Below, in pieces: positions 48,883 through 59,377 of a DNA stretch of 64,000 nt. The stretch spans positions 9,008 through 73,007 of the forward strand of contig CAVURB010000002.1 of assembly GCA_963743815.1 (NCBI GenBank), given 5' to 3'. Below the pieces are notes generated by a model that saw only the letters and a list, made by a program, of their open reading frames with translations, made no database searches and was not told where the DNA came from. The DNA comes from an uncultured Chloroflexia bacterium. GTDB lineage: Bacteria; Chloroflexota; Limnocylindria; Limnocylindrales; CSP1-4. A program made the translations under genes and the position numbers. Every line of letters starts with the position of its first letter. Position 1 is the first letter of the stretch.

Positions 48883-49267
48883 GCCTGGCGGGTCACGCCG
48901 CAGACCGGTGGGACACCCGTGGGTAACCGCCGTCACGCTGGGGACGAACAGGCCTTCCGCGGCGCCCCGCCCGTCGGACGACCCGAGTCGTCCACGGTCG
49001 CTCGACACGTCCGCCCCCGAAAGGCCGTCTCCCGTCCACGACGCGGGCGGGATCGTCCACGCCCTCGCGCCGCACGTCCATGCACGTTGGTCCACAGCGT
49101 CCACACCATGATGATGGTGATGACGGAGTGAGAAGATAGAGAGAAGATACCCACTAACCCCGCGACCCGGCCGGGAGCGCTCCGGACGAACCGCGTCCCA
49201 CCCGGCCTGCCGACACCCCCGAACGCGGCCCCGAGCGCAGCAGCAATTCGAGTGGAGTGAACCCGAC
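48883..49267. other. oriC: Replication origin oriC with degenerate DnaA boxes and a trio-like repeat
   Basis: dnaA-dnaN intergenic region; NNGTCCAC(A/G) boxes at 48988, 49032, 49053, 49088 and 49097; TTACCCACG on the minus strand at 48918-48926; (A/G)TG repeat at 49108-49125; purine-rich AGAAGATA twice. Confidence 0.85.
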
Positions 49268-50386
49268 GTGAGACTCTCGGTCATGCAGGAGAACCTGGCC
49301 CGAGGCCTGTCCGTGGTCAGTCGTGCCGTCTCGAGCCGGAGCACGCTGCCCGTCCTGGCCAATGTCCTGCTCAAGACCGAGGACGCTGGCCTGAAGCTGA
49401 CAGCCACCAACCTCGAGATCGGGATCACGTACTGGGTTCCGGGCAAGATCGACGAGGACGGGGCGATCACCGTTCCGGCGAAACTGCTGACGGACCTCGT
49501 CAACTCGCTGCCCTCCGGCGACAAGGTGGATCTCGAGGTCGCCACGGGCGATACGCTGCACGTGCGCGCCGGTCGGTTCCAGACGCACATCAAGGGCATC
49601 GACGCGGAGGAGTTCCCGGCGATCCAGACCGCCGGGGATCGTCCGACCACGCGGATCGCCCAGAACGTGTTGCGTCGTGCGCTTGCCGAGACGGCATTCG
49701 CGGCCGCGAGCGACGAGGCCCGACCGATCCTGACCGGGGTCCTCGCGAAGTTCGAGGGTGACCAGCTCACGCTGGCCGCGGCCGACAACTACCGGATCGC
49801 GGTGAAGACCGTCCCGATCCTGGATCCGGTGCCCGAGACCAGCGTCGTCATCCCGGCACGCGCGCTCAATGAGCTCGCCCGCGTGCTCGCCGACGTCGAT
49901 GACCCGGTCGAAGTGGTGCTGGCCGGGGGCCGCAACCAGGTCCTCTTCCATCTTGATGGCGTGGATCTCGTGAGCCGGCTCATCGACGGGCAGTTCCCCA
50001 ACTACCAGCAGGTGATGCCGCAGTCGCACGCCACCCGGGCCGTGCTCGATCGCGAGGAGCTGTTGCGGGCTGTCCGTCCCGCCGCGCTCATCGCCCATGA
50101 GTCGGCCAACATCGTCAAGCTCCAGATCGGCGGCGACGCGGAACCCGGGATCACGGTGAGCGCCAACGCCGAGGTGGGCGACCACGTGGGACAGGTGGAG
50201 GCATCCGTGGAGGGCGACGGCACGACCATCGCGTTCAACGCGCGCTATCTCGCCGACGTCCTGACCAACGTGACCGCGGAGCAGTTCGCCCTCGAGCTCA
50301 ACGGGCCGCTGTCGCCGGGTGTCTTCAAGCCGATCGGCGACGACCAGTACGTCCACGTCGTCATGCCGGTCCGGACCACCTCGTAG
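49268..50386 (+). CDS. dnaN: DNA polymerase III beta sliding clamp
   Basis: STLPVLANV, TATNLEI, AAADNYRI, RLIDGQFPNY, VVMPVR. Confidence 0.98.
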   Translation: MRLSVMQENLARGLSVVSRAVSSRSTLPVLANVLLKTEDAGLKLTATNLEIGITYWVPGKIDEDGAITVPAKLLTDLVNSLPSGDKVDLEVATGDTLHVRAGRFQTHIKGIDAEEFPAIQTAGDRPTTRIAQNVLRRALAETAFAAASDEARPILTGVLAKFEGDQLTLAAADNYRIAVKTVPILDPVPETSVVIPARALNELARVLADVDDPVEVVLAGGRNQVLFHLDGVDLVSRLIDGQFPNYQQVMPQSHATRAVLDREELLRAVRPAALIAHESANIVKLQIGGDAEPGITVSANAEVGDHVGQVEASVEGDGTTIAFNARYLADVLTNVTAEQFALELNGPLSPGVFKPIGDDQYVHVVMPVRTTS

Positions 50387-50404
50387 TCAGCGGACACCCT
50401 CACC

Positions 50405-51543
50405 TGCTCGAGTCGCTCTACCGCGCTGGACCTGCGCGGCTACGCAACGCTCGAGGCCTCGTTCGGGCCGGGCGCACATCTCGTCGTCGGACCCAATGCC
50501 GCCGGCAAGACGAGCCTCCTCGAGGCGATCGTGCTCCTGGGCTGGGGGCGGTCGCACCGCACGAGCGCCGATGGCGAGTTGATCCGCTGGGACCATGACC
50601 TGGCGCGAGTAGAAGGTCGTGTCGGGGACGACGTCCTCGAGGTGGCGGTCGTGCGCTCGGGCGCGGACGGTGCGGGGGTCGGAAGCGGATCCGCATCAAC
50701 GGGGCGGGACGCCGCTCGACGGCCCTGGGACGGGTGCTCCGAGTCGTCCTGTTCGCCCCCGAGGAGATGCTGCTGGTCATCGGCGCCCCGTCGCTGCGAC
50801 GAGCGGCGATGGATGCCCTCGCCGCCGCACGGTTTCCCGCCTATGCCGACGATCTCGCGACGTATGGGCGGACGCTCCAGCAGCGCAACAGCCTGCTCCG
50901 CGCGATCCGCGAGGAGACCGCCTCGCGCGACGAGCTCCGATTCTGGGACGCGACGTTCCTCGACGCCGGCGGCCGGGTCATCGACGCCCGTCGCGGTTCC
51001 TCGAGTCGCTGGGCCCACCACTCGCGGCGGCCCATCGGGAGATCGCGCCCGAGGAGGGTGCGGCCGGAGCCCTGACCCTGCGGTACGTGACGAACGCCCC
51101 GACGACCGCCGCCGAGACGCCACGCGAGGCCCTGGCCCGGCGCCTCGTCGAGACCGCGGACAAGGAGGTCTGGAACGGGGCGACGGTCATCGGACCGCAT
51201 CGGGATGACCTCGCCTTCGATCTCGCGGGGCGCGAGCTGTCGTCGTTCGCATCGCGTGGCCAGCAGCGGACCGCGATCCTTGCCTTCAAGCTCGCGGAAC
51301 TGGACCTGCTGACCGATCTCGATGGCCGGCCGCCGCTGCTCCTGCTCGACGACGTCTTCAGCGAACTCGATCCGGATCGCCGCGCTCACCTGGTCCGACG
51401 GATCGCCGGTCTGCCCCAGGCGTTCGTGACGACGACGACGCTCGATGACCTGGACCCGGCGCTCGTCGCGGTCGCTCGGACGTGGGAGGTCGGAGGCCGG
51501 TCCGACGGGCGCTGCCCTCGTCCAGGCCGGGCCGTCGACGTGA
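50405..51543 (+). CDS. recF: DNA replication/repair protein RecF; several frameshifts, start approximate
   Basis: GPNAAGKT, GPHRDDL, SRGQQRT, LLLLDDVFSELD. Confidence 0.93.
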
Positions 51544-51873
51544 CGACGCCGCGTCGCCGGCCCATGCGCCGGATCGGCGAGTTGATCCCCGATGCCGCAC
51601 GCGCGCTCGGCCTCGAGGACGAGCTCCGTCTCGCACGGGCGATCGCGACGTTCGAGGCGGTCGTCGCCGAGCGGATCCCGGCCGCGGCCGGCGCATGCCG
51701 GGTGATCCGGATCGAAGGGTTCGCGATCGACGTGGAGGCCGATGCGCCCATCGTCGCCCAGGAACTCCGGCTTCGTCGCACGAGAGCTTCTGACCGCGTT
51801 CGCGGCCACCCCCGGGGGGGTCGGCGTCCGCGATCTGCGCGTCCACGTCCGTCGCGGAGGCCCGCGCGTATAA
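51540..51873 (+). CDS. dciA: DUF721/DciA family helicase-loading factor; frameshift near 51780
   Basis: MRRIGELIPDAARALGLEDEL...AQELRL; canonical position after recF. Confidence 0.75.
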
Positions 51874-51964
51874 TCCCCGGACCTGCCAGCCATCTCGGGG
51901 CGAGTGTCGGCCGATCCGGCCACGGATCGTCCCCCGCCCGACCATCGTTGCACGAGAGGCCCGC

Positions 51965-54232
51965 ATGGCCGCCAGACTCCAATTGAAGCTCGGTCTCGTC
52001 GCCGAGCACGCCCGCCTCGCCAATTCGCCGGACACGCTCGTCGTGGTCGAGCCGAGCGTGGGTTCGGTCGCCCGCTCGAAGGGCCACCTGTACCTGCTCG
52101 TCACGGCACGGACGAGCTCCCGCCACGCCCTCGAGGCCACGCGGCTCGCCGCCGAGACGATCCGCAACGAGTACTACTACGACGAGTCCGCGGGCATCCG
52201 GGTCTGCCTCCAGAAGGCGATCGCGACCGCGAACAAGCGACTCGCCCACCAGGCGGATCGGCTCGGCCTCAAGTCGCCCGATGGCAACGGCCCGATCGGC
52301 GTCGGCGTCGCCGTCGTTCGCGGCAACGAGATGTACGTCGCGACGGTCGGACCTGCCGAGGCCTACCTCATCCGCCAGGCTCGCCTGTCGACGCTCCCGG
52401 ACCCGCACCGCGAACGGGGCCTGCCATCCACCGGGCTCGAGCCGGATGTCTGGCGCGGCGAGATCTCGGTCGGCGACTCCCTCGTCCTCGTCTCCCCGAA
52501 CATGATGGCGCGCCTGGGACCCGACGAGCTCAAGGACGCGATGCTGACGCTCCACCCGCAGTCGGCGATGGAACATCTCCACGCCCGGTTCGTGGCGGCC
52601 GATGGTGCCGGGTCCGATGGTGCCATCGCCTTCGAGGCGACCGAGGTGGCGACGACGACCCGTGCCCGCACCCTCGTCCCCGTGCGGCCGGCGGAGCCGC
52701 TGGCGGGCGCCCCGGATCGATCGCCGATCCCGCTGGCGGACAACGTGCAGGCGGCATCGGCCGCCGTGACGAGCGCCGCCGGCAATGCGCGCTCGGCCGC
52801 GGGCGGTGCGCTCGAGCGGGTCGTCGGCCGGGTGCAGGAGTTCATGCCCCGGCGCAAGCCCGCCTACCGGCGGGTGACACCCCTCGCATCGCGCCGCGAG
52901 ACGCAGCGCCGGGCCGCGGTGGCCGCCCTCGCCCTGATCACGGTCGTGGGCGGTCTCGGTCTCGCGGTCTACGCGTTCGGTGGCACGGGCCAGCAGGAGG
53001 CCATCAGCTCGGTGAATGCCGGGCAGGCGGCCCTGACGGCCGCCCAGGAGCGGATCGACGACGTGTCCGGACCGGGCATCGACCTGATCGAGGACGACCC
53101 CGAGCAGGCGATGACGCTGCTCACGGAGGCGTACGAGGAGCTCGACAAGGCCGAGGCGGCCAAGGTGAACGCCAGGGTGGTGGACCCGCTCCGCGCCGAG
53201 GTGGTGGCTGGGCTGGATCGGCTGTACGGGGTGGTCCCGGTCGCGACCACGGACTTGTTCACGTTCACCCCCGAGGAGGGGGCAGAGGCGTTCGACCTGA
53301 CCACGATGGTCCGCGGTCCGGATGACGCCCCCTACGTCATCGATGCCGCGACCAAGACCGTCTATCGCGTGGACCTCAAGCGGATGAAGGCGACCACCGT
53401 CGTGCGCGAGGGGAAGAAGGCCGGCGGCACGACGGTCGCCGAGCCCAGGTTCCTGGCCGTCGGCGGGCGCGATCTGCTGATCCTCGACAGCAAGAACGTA
53501 CTCTGGCGGTGGCGCGCATCCGACGACGCCGGCAAGGGGACGCTCACCAAGGTCACGGTCTACGGCTCCACCCAATGGGGCGACGACATCACGGCCATCG
53601 GGACGTTCCTGCGGGACAAGGAGCGCAACCTCTACAACCTGTACGTGATCGACCCCTCCGAACAGCAGATCCGTGCCTACCCGCCCGCCAGCGACGGCGG
53701 CGGGTTCCCGGCCAAGCCCACCGGTTGGCTGGCGACGGCGCGGGCGGTCGACGAGATGACGGCGATGTACATCGACGGCGACGTCTTCATCACCGAGGCC
53801 GGCATCCTGGAGCGATTCACGCGCGGCAAGAGTGACGGATGGGAGGCTGGCGCACCCGAGGACCAGCTGTTGCGGCCCGCATCGGACCTCATCCTGGTGG
53901 CCGGCACGGGCGACCAGCGCGAGGGCGTGGTGTACGCCTTCGACAGCCGCAACGACCGCGTCCTGGCCTACGACAAGGCCAGCGGGGAGTACGTCGCCCA
54001 GTACCGGCTCGCCGGCGAGCGCCCGGACTGGGAGGACCTGCGTGCCCTCTATGTGATCCCTGGTGTGGAGGAGGCTCCCGCCACCCTGGTCTGGCTCGGA
54101 GAGGACCGCATCGGCGAGGCGGTCCTCGAAGCCGTCTCGGACGACGCACCCCGCGCGACCCCCACGGCGACCCCCGAGGAGAGCGACGGGTCGGGCGATG
54201 AGCCGAGCCCCGATACGACGCCCAAGCCGTAG
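51965..54232 (+). CDS. Membrane protein: degenerate PP2C-like domain + TM + extracytoplasmic NHL/beta-propeller
   Basis: PP2C-fold strands (GHLYLLV, LQKAIATAN, VAVVRGNEMYVATVGPAEAYLIR, VGDSLVLVS); one TM; YNLYVIDP..QI..Y and MYIDGDVFI repeats; TATAAT at 51868. Confidence 0.7.
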   Translation: MAARLQLKLGLVAEHARLANSPDTLVVVEPSVGSVARSKGHLYLLVTARTSSRHALEATRLAAETIRNEYYYDESAGIRVCLQKAIATANKRLAHQADRLGLKSPDGNGPIGVGVAVVRGNEMYVATVGPAEAYLIRQARLSTLPDPHRERGLPSTGLEPDVWRGEISVGDSLVLVSPNMMARLGPDELKDAMLTLHPQSAMEHLHARFVAADGAGSDGAIAFEATEVATTTRARTLVPVRPAEPLAGAPDRSPIPLADNVQAASAAVTSAAGNARSAAGGALERVVGRVQEFMPRRKPAYRRVTPLASRRETQRRAAVAALALITVVGGLGLAVYAFGGTGQQEAISSVNAGQAALTAAQERIDDVSGPGIDLIEDDPEQAMTLLTEAYEELDKAEAAKVNARVVDPLRAEVVAGLDRLYGVVPVATTDLFTFTPEEGAEAFDLTTMVRGPDDAPYVIDAATKTVYRVDLKRMKATTVVREGKKAGGTTVAEPRFLAVGGRDLLILDSKNVLWRWRASDDAGKGTLTKVTVYGSTQWGDDITAIGTFLRDKERNLYNLYVIDPSEQQIRAYPPASDGGGFPAKPTGWLATARAVDEMTAMYIDGDVFITEAGILERFTRGKSDGWEAGAPEDQLLRPASDLILVAGTGDQREGVVYAFDSRNDRVLAYDKASGEYVAQYRLAGERPDWEDLRALYVIPGVEEAPATLVWLGEDRIGEAVLEAVSDDAPRATPTATPEESDGSGDEPSPDTTPKP

Positions 54233-54247
54233 TCCGGCGGCCTGCGG

Positions 54248-54949
54248 ATGATCCCGCTGCGCGACGCCAACCCGACGCACCGCACGCCCGTCGTCACGAT
54301 CGGGCTGATCGTCGCCTGCTTCATCGGCTGGGCGTATGAGTTGTTCCTGCTGGCCGGCGAGGGCTCGGCATCGCTCGAGGCGTTCCTGACGGACTGGGGC
54401 ATCGTCCCCCAGGATCTTGTCGCGGCCCTGTCATCCGGCGGGATCGCATCAGCGGAGACCGCCACGCTCCTGACCTATCAGTTCCTGCATGGCGGCTGGC
54501 TGCACATCCTGGGGAACATGCTGTTCCTCTGGATCTTCGGCAACAACATCGAGGATCGCCTGGGTCGGGTCGGGTTCCTCCTCTTCTACCTGTCGGCCGG
54601 CGCGGTCGCCGGACTCGCCCAGGTCATGATCGACCCCACGTCGACGACCCCGACGATCGGTGCGTCCGGCGCGATCGCTGGCACCCTGGGGGCATACCTC
54701 GTCTTCTTCCCCCGCGCCCGGATCACCTCGCTCGTCTTCCTCGGCTTCTTCTACCAGCTGATCGACGTGCCGGCCGTGGTCGTCCTGCTGTTCTGGATCG
54801 CCCTGCAGGTCATCGACGGCATCGCGTCCCTCGGGCTCACCGAAGCCGGCGGGGTCGCCTTCTTTGCGCATATCGGCGGCTTCGCCTTCGGGGCGGGTGT
54901 CGCGCTGCTCCTGACCCGGGTCCTGCGGCGACCAGCGGGCATGGGATAA
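54248..54949 (+). CDS. Rhomboid intramembrane serine protease
   Basis: FLHGGWLHILGNM, WIFGNNIEDRLG, GASG (Ser), AHIGG (His). Confidence 0.95.
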   Translation: MIPLRDANPTHRTPVVTIGLIVACFIGWAYELFLLAGEGSASLEAFLTDWGIVPQDLVAALSSGGIASAETATLLTYQFLHGGWLHILGNMLFLWIFGNNIEDRLGRVGFLLFYLSAGAVAGLAQVMIDPTSTTPTIGASGAIAGTLGAYLVFFPRARITSLVFLGFFYQLIDVPAVVVLLFWIALQVIDGIASLGLTEAGGVAFFAHIGGFAFGAGVALLLTRVLRRPAGMG

Positions 54950-54956
54950 TCCGCTG

Positions 54957-55514
54957 ATGGACGACGACGCCCTGATCGAGATGGTCGTCGAGAGCGTTCG
55001 GGTCCACATGCTCTCCAGCCGCCACGTCGTGATCCTCAAGGAGACCGGGCGCGACCGCTACCTGCCCATCTGGATCGGCCCGTGGGAGGCCAGCGCGATC
55101 GCGATGCGCCTGCAGGGCCTGACACCCGAGCGACCGCTGACGCACGACCTGTTCGTGACCGCGCTCGAGGCCGTCGAGGCACGGGTGGCCCGGGTCGTCA
55201 TCTCCGATCTCGCCGACGAGACCTTCCATGCCCGGCTCTTCGTGGAGCGCAACGGGCAGATCGGCGAAGTGGACGCTCGACCCTCGGATGCGCTCGCGCT
55301 GGCGGTCCGTGTCGGGGCCCCGATCTTCGCCGCGCCGTCGGTGCTCGACCAGGCGGGTCTTGGCGCCGACGGCGGGCTGGGGGAGGACGAGGAAGGCAGT
55401 GGGAGCCTGTTGGAGTCCACCGGGGAGCAGATCGTGGACGAACGCCTGGACGTTTTCCGCGACTTCGTCAACTCGCTCGAGGTGGACCCCGACGCCGAGG
55501 GCCGCGGCAGCTGA
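54957..55514 (+). CDS. Bifunctional nuclease family protein (DUF151)
   Basis: LPIWIG..EA.AI, RPLTHDL, DARPSDALALA. Confidence 0.93.
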   Translation: MDDDALIEMVVESVRVHMLSSRHVVILKETGRDRYLPIWIGPWEASAIAMRLQGLTPERPLTHDLFVTALEAVEARVARVVISDLADETFHARLFVERNGQIGEVDARPSDALALAVRVGAPIFAAPSVLDQAGLGADGGLGEDEEGSGSLLESTGEQIVDERLDVFRDFVNSLEVDPDAEGRGS

Positions 55515-55528
55515 CCGCGGAGGTCGCC

Positions 55529-56335
55529 TCAGACCGGGTCTCGCAGGATCGGTTCGCCGCGGCGGAGGGCGCGGTCGCGGTTCACCCACATGTGCAGGCG
55601 CAGCCGCCAGAAGTCGCGGACCGCGCGGAGGATCACCTGCGGCCGGGCGCCGGTCGGTGACCCGGCGGTCCGGGGGTAGTGGGGCACGCCCACCTCGACG
55701 ACCGATCGCCCGGCGACCCGCAGCTTGATCAGGAGCTCGGCGGAGAAGAACGCGCCACCGGACTCGACGCGCAGGCCCTCGAGGGCGTCGCGACGGAGCA
55801 GCTTGCAGGCACAGTCCACGTCCGTCACGGTCAACCCGAAGAACAGGCGATTGGCCAGCCGGTACGCCTTCGCATAGATCGTCCGGATGACCGGGTCGGC
55901 CCGCTTGATCCGAAATCCGGCGACGACATCAGGGGCGTCAGGTGCTGCGAGCCGGGCCGTCAGCCGGGCGAGGTCCTCGATCCGGAACTGCCGGTCGCCG
56001 TCGGTGAAGGCGACGAGCTCATATCGGGCGGCAGCAAAGCCCGACCGCAGGGCCGCTCCGTATCCCTGGTTCACCTCGTGGTGGACGACGCGCACGATCC
56101 CCGGGTGGGCCACGGCGAGTTCGTCGGCGATGGCCTTCGTGCGGTCGCGCGACCCGTCGTCGACCGCGATGATCTCGAAGGTCTCCGCGATCGTCGGCAG
56201 GACGTCCAGCGCCTCCTCCACGAGCCCGGCGAGGTTCGCTTCCTCGTTGTGGGCGGGGAAGAAGTACGAGAGCCGGGCGAGGCGGACAGCCGGTGGCAGC
56301 GGCCGCGGTCTCCGGTGGCGGTGACGACCGGTCAC
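55529..56335 (-). CDS. GT2 glycosyltransferase, polyprenol-phosphate sugar synthase (DPM1/Ppm1-like)
   Basis: FFPAHNEEAN, VDDGSRD, FTDGDRQF, DVDCACKL. Confidence 0.9.
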   Translation of the reverse strand: MTGRHRHRRPRPLPPAVRLARLSYFFPAHNEEANLAGLVEEALDVLPTIAETFEIIAVDDGSRDRTKAIADELAVAHPGIVRVVHHEVNQGYGAALRSGFAAARYELVAFTDGDRQFRIEDLARLTARLAAPDAPDVVAGFRIKRADPVIRTIYAKAYRLANRLFFGLTVTDVDCACKLLRRDALEGLRVESGGAFFSAELLIKLRVAGRSVVEVGVPHYPRTAGSPTGARPQVILRAVRDFWRLRLHMWVNRDRALRRGEPILRDPV

Positions 56336-57871
56336 GCCGGCGTCCTCGCGCGGGCCGACGACCCGGGTCAGGAACCGCGCGTCCAGGCCGTCGATCGGAT
56401 CGAGCACGTAGCGTCGCTCGAGCTCCGCGATCTCGGCAAGGTCGGCGCGGATGACGTAGACGGGGCGCGTGGGGAGGTTGTCGTCGATCACGTCGTAGAT
56501 GTCTCCGAGGTCCTGGTCGAGGCGGGTCCGGTCGTCGATGATGGCGATGTCGGGCCGCAGGCCCTCGACGTGCTGTGCGTACCATAGCGGGGTCGAGAAC
56601 GACCACCAGCTGACGACGACCGCGTCGGGTTCGAGCGTCGCGAGCGTCCGGTCCAGCCATCGCCGGGCGGCCGTGTCGTCGCTCCGATCCACCTGCTCGG
56701 CGCGTCCGCCAAGAGCCAAGCCGGTCGGGACGAGCAACAGCACCGCGAGGACGGTCGCGACGATCGCCCTGGGCCGCAGCGCCGGTCCGTCGCTTCCGTC
56801 GAGCGGGTCGGGGTCGGTGTCAGCGGTGACCGACGTCGCGACGGCCCCGACGAGGATCGCCAGCCACGTCCACGCGATGAGTGCCGGAACGAGGTAGTAC
56901 CGCCCGATGTCGGCGTTCACATACGATGCGGCGAAGAGGCAGGTGATCCCGAGCGAGACGCCACTGAGGATGGCGTAGCGAGGCCTGACGAAGGCCGTCG
57001 CGATGAACCCGACCGGGATCAGCGCCGCGAGCGGCCCGAAGCCGGCCACCGTCCGGTCCACGAGTTCGCCGATCTTGCCCCCCAGGTCGCTGAACGGGGA
57101 GACGAGGCTGCCCCGGAACTGCTCCGCGAGGACGATGTACCAGAACCCGTCCCAGGTCTCCGGTCGGCCATACACGAGCGGCGCACGGAACGGGCCGGCG
57201 CGCAGCGGCAGCTGCAGGAAGACCAGGGCGGCCGTCCCGATCACGGCCAGGGCGCAGACGAGGATGAAGCGGGGCCGGCGAAGGATGCCCGGCTCCACCG
57301 CGAGGACGTAGATCCCGACGGCTGGCGCGAGGAGTAGCGTGAGCGAGTGGTTGCCCATGGCGAGCCCGTAGACCATCGCCGCGGTGACCAGCAGCCGATC
57401 CCGTCGCCGACCGGGCGGCCCGGCCTCCCAGGCCACGAGGACGCGGAACAGGATCGCGACGAGCAGCAGGTGCAGGGAATGCGCCTCGGCGTGGGTGCCG
57501 ATCGACCACACGATGTCCGTGAAGGCCAGACCCAGGCCGGCGAGGACGCCGAGGACCAGCGACCGGGTGAGGGCTCGGGTGAGGTCCACCGTCACCGCCG
57601 CCGCGGCCGCGACGCACAGCGCCGAGTAGAGGTTCATGCGCAGCGCCGGTTCGCCGAACGGTGACAGCAGGAGATTGGCGATCCATGCCGAGATGACGTA
57701 CGTGGGGAATCCGGTCGGATGGGCAGTGCCCAGGAGCGGGCCGACGGTCTGGAGCTCACCGGTATCCCAGAAGTCGACATCGGGGAGCAGCGTCAGGCGG
57801 ATCGCGATGAACGCCGCGATCCCGACCGCGAGCGGGACCGCGATCCTGCCGACCGTGCGGGCGTTCACCAT
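56332..57871 (-). CDS. DUF2723/TMEM260-like GT-C glycosyltransferase; appears in frame with the GT2, probably through an indel
   Basis: WDTGELQTVGPLLGTAHPTGFPTY signature, multi-TM, C-terminal soluble domain. Confidence 0.85.
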
Positions 57872-59346
57872 CCCAGCAACCGCCCCCAGGCGACGCCCCA
57901 CGCGTTGATCACCACCGAAAGCGCGACGAGCCCGACCGTGAGCGGCATCGCCCACCAGCGGCCGCGATCGACGAGCCGTTGCGCACCGAGGGCGACGAGG
58001 ATCAGCGCGAACGGCACGACGTCGTTGCTGAACCGGTAGCCGAACTGGACCCAGCCCTGGCTGAAGTGCATGAGGTTGACGATGACGACCAGGATGATCG
58101 CGAGCGCGGCCCCGGTCACAAGGCGGCTGCGTCCGTAGCGCCGCAGGGCAGGCAGGAGGAGCAGGTACGCCGGGCTCGTCAGCAGCACGCTCATCCCGAT
58201 GTCGCGCGGGACCACAAGCGGGCAGTCGCGGTCGAACAGGCCGCGCGTGGCACCGGGCTCCTGGCAGACCGGCGTCGCGTTGACGCCCAGGCTGTCGGGC
58301 AAGGTCGTCGGGAAGACGTCCGGCGTGGCGAGGAACATGAGCGCGGCGTTCCTGGGCAGGTAGCGCGGATCCTCGACCGCCCAGTCCGGTTCGTAGCCGA
58401 GCGCGCGATAGGCTGCCGTCTCCTGTCGATACAGGTAGTCGTAGGCGGGATGCAGGGCGGTGCCGGTGGTCGCCACGTTGTAGGCGAGCAGGAGCCCCAC
58501 CGGGATGATGGCGCCCAGGCCGGCCGACCAGCTGCGCCGCCACCACGTGCCGCCCGCCCCGACCAGCATGAAGAACGGCGCGGCGAAGACGACTGTCAGG
58601 CGGGCGGTGCACGCCAGGCCGAACAGCAGGCCGATCAGGAACTGGCGTCGGTCGACCGCAAGGCGGTCGCGCCAGCGCTCAGCTGGAGCGTTGCCGACCG
58701 TCCCGGGGGCGCGCTGCTCGTCCCCGGGCTCGTCGTCCTGGGCGGCTGGGTCGGCGCGGAGCGCGAGCCCCACCGCGACCATGATCAGCCCGACGGCCAC
58801 GATGTGCGCCTGGTACCAGGTCGTGGCCAGCTGGGCGGTGTACCAGAAGACCGTCCCGAATGCGAAGAAGATCGTGGCCGCCAACCGGATCGGGGCGCGG
58901 ATGGCGAGCGGCGCCAGCATCCACCAGCACAGCGCGATGTCGATGGCGGCCAGGATCGTGAAGAGGGTCTGGTCGTCGGTCGCGAGACCCCAGGTCGCGA
59001 CGAACGGCACGAGCAGGAGGGCGGGCAGCGGCGGGAACGGGAGGAGCGCCCGCGCCACCCCGTCGGTCGACACCACCGGGAGCACGTCCTGGAAGTAGAA
59101 GTTGCCCAGACCGTCCGGTGACTCCCACACCGGGTAGCGGATCGCCGCCTGGCCCTCGAGGAATGCCGACGCCTGCCAGACGAAATGGTCATAGAACCGG
59201 TCGGCCTGGGTGGCCAGATAGATCACGAGGGCCGCGAGCGCGAGCAGACCGCCGACCGCTATCGCCAGCCAGCGTTCGGCGCGCGCCTCTTCCCATCGGC
59301 CCGCTCCGGAGTCCGCCGGGCGACCCTGTGCTACGCTCCGATCCAC
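57865..59346 (-). CDS. Polytopic membrane protein, probable GT-C glycosyltransferase
   Basis: YDHFVWQASAF, FPPLPALL, LACTAR, FGYRFSND; about 11 TM segments; within the glycosylation cluster. Confidence 0.6.
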   Translation of the reverse strand: MDRSVAQGRPADSGAGRWEEARAERWLAIAVGGLLALAALVIYLATQADRFYDHFVWQASAFLEGQAAIRYPVWESPDGLGNFYFQDVLPVVSTDGVARALLPFPPLPALLLVPFVATWGLATDDQTLFTILAAIDIALCWWMLAPLAIRAPIRLAATIFFAFGTVFWYTAQLATTWYQAHIVAVGLIMVAVGLALRADPAAQDDEPGDEQRAPGTVGNAPAERWRDRLAVDRRQFLIGLLFGLACTARLTVVFAAPFFMLVGAGGTWWRRSWSAGLGAIIPVGLLLAYNVATTGTALHPAYDYLYRQETAAYRALGYEPDWAVEDPRYLPRNAALMFLATPDVFPTTLPDSLGVNATPVCQEPGATRGLFDRDCPLVVPRDIGMSVLLTSPAYLLLLPALRRYGRSRLVTGAALAIILVVIVNLMHFSQGWVQFGYRFSNDVVPFALILVALGAQRLVDRGRWWAMPLTVGLVALSVVINAWGVAWGRLLGW

Positions 59347-59377
59347 CTTCCACGCTCGTGCAGGAGCCGTTTTCCCG

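Noticed and set aside
55529-58612. 1027-aa ORF suggesting a DUF2723-GT2 fusion
   Set aside because: A GTGA start/stop overlap at 56332-56335 fits two genes with one indel. A cytoplasmic GT2 fused after an extracytoplasmic domain is also topologically unlikely. The N-terminal 247 aa are an off-frame read of the upstream gene. Read-level checking would settle it.
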